Shown: positions 23,006 to 29,685 of the stretch, piece after piece
Numbering within the stretch: position 1 is the first letter of the stretch
Layout: every line of letters starts with the position of its first letter
Assembly (NCBI RefSeq): GCF_006345805.1
Contig: NW_021836069.1
Location: 1 to 29,685 of the forward strand
Source of the DNA: Octopus sinensis
Taxonomy: Eukaryota
Length of the DNA stretch: 29,685 nt
Direction: 5' to 3'
Made by a program: the position numbers and the translations under genes
Notes under the pieces: model-generated
Told to the model about the DNA's origin: nothing
The model's database searches: none
The model's input: the letters and a program-made list of their open reading frames with translations, nothing else

Positions 23006-23223
23006 AACACAGCGTTTCGGCCACTTTTGGTAAGCAGAACTTGCAAAGAAGGAGGCTCTTCTGAATTTAGTGGTTCGGAAAAAAGACCGATAGAATAAAT
23101 ACTAGATTTACAAAGAATAAGTCCTGGGGTCGGTTTGTTCAAATAAAAGGTGGTGCTCCAGCCTGGCTGCAGTCAAATGACTGAAACAAATAAAAGAATA
23201 CTCTCTAGCCTTCATCAGGTGTC
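23006..23223 (-). ncRNA. Interrupted minimal type I hammerhead ribozyme motif
   Basis: Minus strand GACAC-CTGATGA-A-GGCT..[~180 nt insert]..GGCC-GAAAC-GCT-GTGTT. Stem I GACAC/GTGTT, stem II GGCT/GGCC. The cleavage triplet reads GCU, not NUH. Confidence 0.7.
23041..23200 (+). mobile_element. Headless SINE B variant (B')
   Basis: ttgcaaagaaggaggctctt leader joined to the B 3' part ttagtggttcgg...gactgaaacaaataaaagaa. Confidence 0.85.
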
Positions 23224-23751
23224 TTAGGGAAATTTCAAATCTGGGTTCTCATTCCTAAGGTACTTTTTTGATATTATTATTATTATTCAGGGCACTGCCT
23301 GGAATCAAACTCAGAATCTTGGGGCTAGTAGCCCACGCTCTTAACCACTACACCGTATGCCCGTGGGCAATTATGGAGTGAATTTTTAGGGCTTATCCAA
23401 CAAGATGAGGACAAATATCTGTCAAATGTAAATAATGTATATTCAGGTCTGTTCCAAATTTCAATAATTAAAACTTCCAGATATGAATAAAAGAGCACTT
23501 TTATAATCCAGGCAATTCTCAAAGACAAACATGTGGCACTTTTCGCTTCATGAAATCATTGATCAGTTCAGAATAATCAAAGTGAGAGCCAAGTTCGTGT
23601 TCAATAGATATTATAGACAATCCATAAAGTCTGGTGCACGTTCGGAGTACAATGTGATATTTTTACAAGAACTTTTGCAAGTACCATGTGTTACCATTTT
23701 ATTTCTTGAAATTTTCAGTTAATATAGTTTAATTCTTGTTCAACCAAAGTA

Positions 23752-23930
23752 AAAATGCTTAATGGCATTTCGTCTGTCTCTACGTTCTGAGTTCAAATTC
23801 TGCCAAGGTTGACTTTGCCTTTCATCCTTTAGGGGTCGATAAGTTAAGTACCAGTTGTGTAATGGGGTCGATCTAATCGACTGGGCCCCCTCCCGAAAAA
23901 TTTTGGGTCTTGTGCCTAGAGGAAAAATAA
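23752..23930 (+). mobile_element. 5'-truncated SINE family A
   Basis: aaatgcttaatggcatttcgtctgtctctacgttctgagttcaaattctgccaaggttgactttgcctttcatcctttaggggtcgataag... Confidence 0.9.
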
Positions 23931-24047
23931 ATAGATGACTCATCTACGTACTTTGATCTTAACATGGGGCCCCTCAACCGCAAAGGCCCCCTGTGACCAC
24001 AGGGTTTTGCAGGGGCTTAGCGATGGCCCTGCTTGCAGTTAGTGATT

Positions 24048-24216
24048 TTGCAAAGAAGAAGGCTCTTTTGTCGAACTTAGTGGTTCAGCAAAAAAGACCA
24101 ATAGAATATGTACTAGACTTACAGAGAATAAGCCCTGGGGTCAGTTTGTTCAGCTAAAAGACGGTGCTCCAGCTTGGCCGCAGTCAAATGACTGAAACAA
24201 ATGAAATAATAAGAGA
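24048..24216 (+). mobile_element. Second headless B' variant
   Basis: ttgcaaagaagaaggctctt leader, same junction as 23041. Confidence 0.85.
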
Positions 24217-24456
24217 ATATATATATGTGTGTGTGTGTTTGTGTGTCTGTGTTTGTCCCTCTAGCATTGCTTGACAACCGATGCTGGTGTGTTTACGTCC
24301 CCGTCACTTAGCGGTTCGGCAAAAGAGACCGATAGAATAAGTACTGGGCTTACAAAGAATAAGTCCCGGGGTCGATTTGCTCGACTAAAGGCGGTGCTCC
24401 AGCATGGCCGCAGTCAAATGACTGAAACAAGTAAAAGAGTAAAAGAGAGTAAAGAG
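24217..24456 (+). mobile_element. SINE B, 3' half from the central microsatellite
   Basis: tgtgtctgtgtttgtccc...ggcggtgctccagcatggccgcagtcaaatgactgaaacaagtaaaagag. Confidence 0.92.
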
Positions 24457-24569
24457 TATACACACATGAAAGCACACACACACACACACACAGTAATATT
24501 CCTAAGGTGGGGACAAGTACCAGGTGAGTTGTAGGTCGGCCAGGTGTACCGAACCAAACCAAAGGACAA

Positions 24570-24802
24570 TAGCAACAACAACAACAACAGCAACAACAAT
24601 AGTAGTAGCAGCAACAATGGTAATAATAATGCTGTTTATGTATGCCATTGTATGCTGTGTATGTGTGTGTGTGTGTGTCTGTGTTTGTGTCTGTCTGTGT
24701 GTGTGTGTGTGTCTATGTCTGTGTGTGTGTGTGTGTGTGTCTGTGTGTGTGTGTCTGTGTATGTGTGTGTTTGTGTGTGTGTGTCTGTGTGTGTGTGTGT
24801 CT

Positions 24803-24834
<32 letters not shown>

Positions 24835-24912
24835 CTGTCTGTGTGTGTGTGTGTGTGTGTGTCTGTGTCTGTGTCTGTCTGTGTTTGTGTCTGTGTGTGT
24901 GTGTGTGTGTGT
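24570..24912. repeat. (CAA)n then (TG)n/(TGTC)n microsatellite
   Basis: Direct reading. Confidence 0.94.
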
Positions 24913-25457
24913 TAGCTCATTTCTCTGACGTATCTTTGTGTGACTATTACAGAAGATCAAAAGAGTATAAAGGTGATGCACGTCAGCAGATGCACATTTA
25001 TATATATATATATATATATACATGTGTGTGTGTGTAAGGGATAGTGACAAAACAATGGGTGTATAAAATAGGTTAGCAGCAGTGACGGTGGTAGTGGAGG
25101 TGGAGGTGTGGTTCATATTCTGTACGGAATCAACAACAAAAACCATGTGCTCGGCTACGGTGGGCTGACAGATGGAGACCACCTGGTATGTGTGTGTTGT
25201 GTGTCTTTGTCTACATACATACATACATATATATATGTATAAATATATAATATATATATATATATTATATATATATATATATATATGTATGTTACATATG
25301 TTTTATATATATATGTATGTATACATATGTTTTATATATATATGTATGTAGTATATATATTATATATATATGTATGTAGTATATAATATATATATATGTA
25401 TGTATTATATATATATATATATATGTATACATATGTTTTATATATATGTATGTTTAG

Positions 25458-25487
<30 letters not shown>

Positions 25488-25488
<1 letters not shown>

Positions 25489-26070
25489 AACGGGAGCTTT
25501 ATGAAAATAAACAAAAGACGAAAGGCAGGTGGAAAACAACGAACAATTGTATTAGTATGGCGCTCAGGAAATATAAATAAAACAAGTCTTTAACGTTTCG
25601 AGCCTACGCTCTTCACAGAAAGATACACAGAGAGAAAAACACAGAAAGAAGGAGAGAAAAAAAAATCGTGCAGTAGCTAACGAATCAACATGGCGATCTG
25701 ATTCGGCCAGGGTCAAGATCAAACATGAGACGCGAGAGCGAAATAAGGGGAGATATAGGGTTGATAAAGGGTTGAGGGCCAGCTAAAAGTGCGTGGGAGG
25801 GGTCTGGATGTGTGTATGTATAGGGTTGGTGTATGTATTAGTATGTATAAGGGGTGTGTGGTGTGTGTGTGTGTGTGTAAAGAGAATTATTAGTGCGTAA
25901 GATTGGTCTGGACGTGAGTATGTAATGGGGTTGGTGTATGTATTAGTATGTATTAGTACGTATTTGTATGTATAGGTGTGTGTGTGTGTGAGAGAGAGTA
26001 TAAGTGCTTATGCGGGGTCTGGACGTGGGTATGTATAGGGTTGGTGTAAGTATTAGTATGTACTAGTATG
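25488..26070 (-). mobile_element. Family F element (Penelope-like terminal repeat) with ~2.5 internal 104-111 bp units
   Basis: Homologous to 10431-10600; ggtctgga..gtatgta..gggttggtgta at 25801, 25905 and 26016; contains a hammerhead-like fold. Confidence 0.7.
25587..25623 (-). ncRNA. Minimal type I hammerhead-like motif lacking A6
   Basis: Minus strand TCTTT-CTGTGAA-GAGC gtag GCTC-GAAAC-GTT-AAAGA. Stem I 5 bp, stem II 4 bp, palindromic ACGT stem III, GUU cleavage triplet. Confidence 0.7.
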
Positions 26071-26187
26071 ATATATATATATATATATGTATACATATGT
26101 TTTATATATATGTATGTATTATATATTATATATATAATATAATATATATATATATATATGTTACATATGTTTTAATATATGTATGTA

Positions 26188-26231
<44 letters not shown>

Positions 26232-26257
26232 ACATATGTTTTATATATATGTATGTA

Positions 26258-26293
<36 letters not shown>

Positions 26294-26659
26294 TATATGT
26301 ATACATATGTTTTATATATATGTATGTAGTATATATATATGTGTGTATATATATATGTATGTATACATATGTTTTATATATATGTATGTAGTATATATAT
26401 GTGTGTGTGTATATATATATATATATATGTATTTATATATATATATAGAGAGAGAGAGAGAAAGAGAGAGAGATGCGTATATATGCATGTATATATGTGT
26501 TCATATATTTTCGTAGATATATACAAGTGTACACACACTCATAGACACACGTAAGACACCTGCTTTTCTACAGGAGCAATTTAATCCAATTTGTTGGTAC
26601 AAACCCCTGACAACTCAAACTGAATAGCGGAGTTAATCTTTCATTGATGAATCATCAAT

Positions 26660-27115
26660 GCCTCCAACACCACCTCCACCACCACCATCATCACCACCAC
26701 CACACCACCACCACCATCATCACCACCACCACAATTAGTACCACCACCACCATCATCACCACCACCACCACCGCACCACCACCACCACAATTAGTACCAC
26801 CACCACCATCATTACCACCACCACAATTAGTACCACCACCACCACCACACCACCACCACCATCATCACCACCACCACAATTAGTACCACCACCACAACCA
26901 TCACCACCACCACAATTAGTACCACCACCACAACACCACTACCATCACCACCACCTCCACCACCACAATTAGTACCACCACCACCACCATCATCACCAAA
27001 ACCGCACCACCACCACAATTAGTATCACCACCACCATCATCACCACCACCACACCACTACCATCACCACCACCATCATCACCACACCACTACCATCACCA
27101 CCACCACCACCACTT
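26660..27115. repeat. (CAC)n microsatellite punctuated by seven acaattagta units
   Basis: Units at ~26731, 26787, 26823, 26877, 26912, 26965, 27015. Confidence 0.93.
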
Positions 27116-27261
27116 ATCCTTGCTCTCTTATTGTAAGTACAAGCACTCACACATGCTCTCATATCCTTCTCCTCTTCCTCCTCCTCATCTCCATCATCAT
27201 CATCATCTTTGGCATCTTCATCATCATCATCATCAACATCAGAAGATTATTCCAGTTTTCA

Positions 27262-27344
27262 GGCAGCGAGCTGGCAGAAACGTTAGCACGTTGGGCGAAA
27301 TGCTTAGCGGTATTTCACCTGTCTTTGGGTTCTGAGTTCAAATT
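27262..27344 (+). mobile_element. SINE A head, truncated after the B-box
   Basis: ggcagcgagctggcagaaacgttagcacgttgggcgaaatgcttagcggtatttc...ctgagttcaaatt. Confidence 0.88.
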
Positions 27345-27839
27345 GGTTTTCTCAGACCAATTACCTCGTCCTGATTACTTGCAACTGAGGCAGTTCTGCG
27401 AAACTTTCCCAAGGTCTGGGTTGTGATTTTAAAATAGGATGCCTTACTGGCAGGGTGCCAAGAACACCCTCTGAGCATGATTGTTGTGATCGTTGCCAGA
27501 GCAGCCAACTGGCTTCTGTACCTGTGGCACGTAAAAGGGCACCATTCAAGCGTGACCGTTACCAACGTTGCTTCACTGGCACCTGTATCGGTGGCACGTG
27601 TAAAAAGATTCGATCGAGGTCATTGCCAGTACCACCTGATTGGCCCCCGTAAAAAGCACCCACTACACCCTCGGAGTGGTTGGTGTTAGGAAGGGCATCC
27701 AGCTGTAGAAACTCTGCCAAATCAAGATTGGAGCCTAGTGCGGCCATCTGGCTTGCCAGTCCTCAGTCAAACCCGTCCAATCCATGCTAGCATGGAAAAC
27801 GGACGTTAAACGATAATGATGATGATGATGATGATGATG
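27345..27839 (+). mobile_element. Family G element with (GAT)n tail
   Basis: G homology is clear from ~27480: gtggcacgtaaaagggcacc...ggttggtgttaggaagggcatccagc...catggaaaacggacgttaaac. The 5' boundary is uncertain. Confidence 0.85.
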
Positions 27840-28073
27840 GTGAGTTACTTTAAAACCTTTTTAGTCAGGAGGAGAAAGATAGGGGCTATAATTTGTTAGG
27901 CATTTGGGACTGGTGAGAAGAAGGGAACAAAGAATGGACTTCTACATAAAAAACCTGGTGCTCACGCTGCAACTGAATGGTTTACCATTCTGGTACCTTG
28001 AGTTTCTCTAGCAAAGTTCTGGAAAGCAAAACATGGTTTTACTAAAGACAGCCAAGGTTACCAGAATGTTAAA

Positions 28074-28578
28074 TCATCATCATCATCATCATCATCATTT
28101 AGCGTCCGTTTTCCATGCTAGCCTGGGTTGGACGGTTCAACTGGGGTCTGGGAAGCCAGAAGGCTGCACCAGGCCCAGTCTGATCTGGCAATGTTTCTAC
28201 AGCTGGATGCCCTTCCTAACGCCAACCACGCCGTGAGTGTAGTGGGTGCTTTTTACGTGCCAGACGAGTCTGGCAAACGGCCACGATCGGATGGTGCTTT
28301 TTATGTGCCACCGGCACGGGGGCCAAGCGAGGCTGGCAATGGCCACGAACGGATGGTGCTTTTTACATGCCACCGGCACGGAGGCCAGGCGAGGCTGGCA
28401 ATGGCCACGATCGGATGGTGCTTTTTATGTGCCACTGGCACAGCGAGGCTGGCAATGGCCACGAACGGATGGTGCTTTTTACGTGCCACCGGCACGAGGC
28501 CAGTCGGGGTCGCACTGGCAACGGCCACGTTCGGATGGTTCTCTTACGTGCCACCGGCACTGGTATCTGCAATTTCCA
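28074..28578 (-). mobile_element. Family G element with ~6 internal 54-66 bp units
   Basis: (CAT)n tail; ggatggtgcttttta.gtgccaccggcac anchors at 28289, 28351, 28413, 28467, 28533. Confidence 0.92.
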
Positions 28579-28716
28579 TAGATAATTTCAAAAACCTTTT
28601 GTTAGTTGAAAAACTATATGTAATCTCCACCCAGTGTTTGTACTACAAGCATTAAGCCTGCGACTTGTTTTGGGAGGCGCGTGATGGAAGCACAAATGAT
28701 GCATGATGCATGACCT

Positions 28717-29317
28717 GGCATTAGTTGTTAGTTGTCGGAGCACTGCATCCTTCAAAACTTCCATGCTTCCTGAGAGATTCGCCAATACTACACCTGATTT
28801 TCCTCCCTCCATACACACGCTGAAGCATGGAACAAACTGCCGGCATCAGTTGTTAGTTGTCGGAGCACTGCATCCTTCAAAACTTCCATGCTTCCTGAGA
28901 GATTCGCCAATACTACACCTGATTTTCCTCCCTCCATACACACGCTGAAGCATGGAACAAACTGCCGGCATCAGTTGTTAGTTGTCGGAGCACTGCATCC
29001 TTCAAAACTTCCATGCTTCCTGAGAGATTCGCCAACACTACACCTGATTTTCCTCCCTCCATACACACGCTGAAGCATGGAACAAACTGCCGGCATCAGT
29101 TGTTAGTTGTCAGAGCACTGCATCCTTCAAAACTTCCATGCTTCCTGAGATTCGCCAACACTACACCTGATTTTCCCCCCTCCATACACACCCTGAAGCA
29201 TGGAACAAACTGCCGGCATCAGTTGTTAGTTGTCGGAGCACTGCATCCTTCAAAACTTCCATGCTTTCTGAGATTCGCCAACACTACACCTGATTTTCTC
29301 CCCTCCATACACACACA
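28717..29317 (+). repeat. Tandem array of ~5 units (125,125,125,123, partial) derived from a CR1-type LINE 3' end
   Basis: ggcatcagttg at 28717, 28842, 28967, 29092, 29215. The unit translates to AEAWNKLPASVVSCRSTASFKTSMLPE(IRQHYT*). Confidence 0.95.
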
Positions 29318-29443
29318 AGCATGTATCTGACTCATACACTGTTCACTTCCCAGACATTTGTACATTACTGCATGTACTTTATACACACTTTTTGACAAGT
29401 TGTGGTGCACCTGAGCACTGTATACAATAATTTCATTATTATT
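29318..29443 (+). mobile_element. CR1-type LINE 3' UTR ending in (ATT)n
   Basis: Continues from the last array unit and ends gagcactgtatacaataatttcattattatta. Confidence 0.7.
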
Positions 29444-29521
29444 AAAATAGAACTCGTTCACTCTTAGAATTACTAGATACCTGGCCGTATTATGGTATAC
29501 TACCAATTGTGAAAAATAAAA

Positions 29522-29685
29522 AGGAAACATTTTTTCACGCTGAGAGTTGCTGAAGTAAGGAAGAGACTGCCGGCATCAGTTGTTAGTTGTCGGAGCACTG
29601 CAACCTTCAAAGCTTCCATGCTTCCTGAGATTCGCCAACACTACACCTGATTTTCCCCCCTCCATACCACGCTGAAGATGGAAAT
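29522..29685 (+). mobile_element. Second CR1-type LINE ORF2 3' fragment, running off the window
   Basis: RKHFFTLRVAEVRKRLPASVVSCRSTATFKASMLPEIRQHYT*, matching the CR1/L2 terminal motif RxxFFxxRVxxxWNxLP...FK. Confidence 0.85.

Larger units (their letters stand above)
22946..23437 (-). mobile_element. Element D: tRNA-like head + (AAT)n + hammerhead-bearing tail, with an inverted terminal copy
   Basis: 73 nt tRNA-like head at 23362-23290 (GGGCA/TGCCC acceptor stem, gtgtagtggttaa, gagtttgattcc). Tail at ~22957-22996 recurs inverted at ~23401-23439. 26 bp direct repeats at 22518-22543 and 23438-23463. Confidence 0.8.
25215..26500. repeat. (TA)n/tacatatgtttt compound microsatellite, interrupted by element F
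   Basis: The same gttacatatgtttt units lie on both sides of 25488-26070. Confidence 0.85.

Noticed and set aside
27890-28070. Protein-looking frames and strong minus-strand acceptors between the two G copies
   Set aside because: Frames are interrupted by stops and nothing is recognisable; shows that splice-like signals arise by chance here.

Overview
Eukaryotic, extremely repeat-rich non-coding DNA (large intron or intergenic). The interspersed families look like octopod cephalopod (Octopus-type) repeats; this assignment is from memory and needs a database check. Roughly half the window is micro/minisatellite, which accounts for nearly every ORF in the supplied track. No host protein-coding gene can be called with confidence. 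The rest is a dense, nested set of mobile elements: several tRNA-derived SINE families (labelled here A, B, C, G, H), a degenerate restriction-like-endonuclease (R4/Dong-type) LINE 3' fragment, CR1-type LINE 3' ends reiterated into a 123-125 bp tandem array, a 9 x 139 bp array grown from the end of a (TAA)n-flanked element (E), a 376 bp non-autonomous Helitron inserted exactly at A|T, and two families (D, F) carrying minimal type I hammerhead-ribozyme folds of the Penelope-like-element kind. The most notable object is D (22946-23437): a tRNA-headed element whose tail contains a hammerhead fold, with a SINE fragment inserted in the stem II loop, an inverted terminal copy and 26 bp flanking direct repeats.
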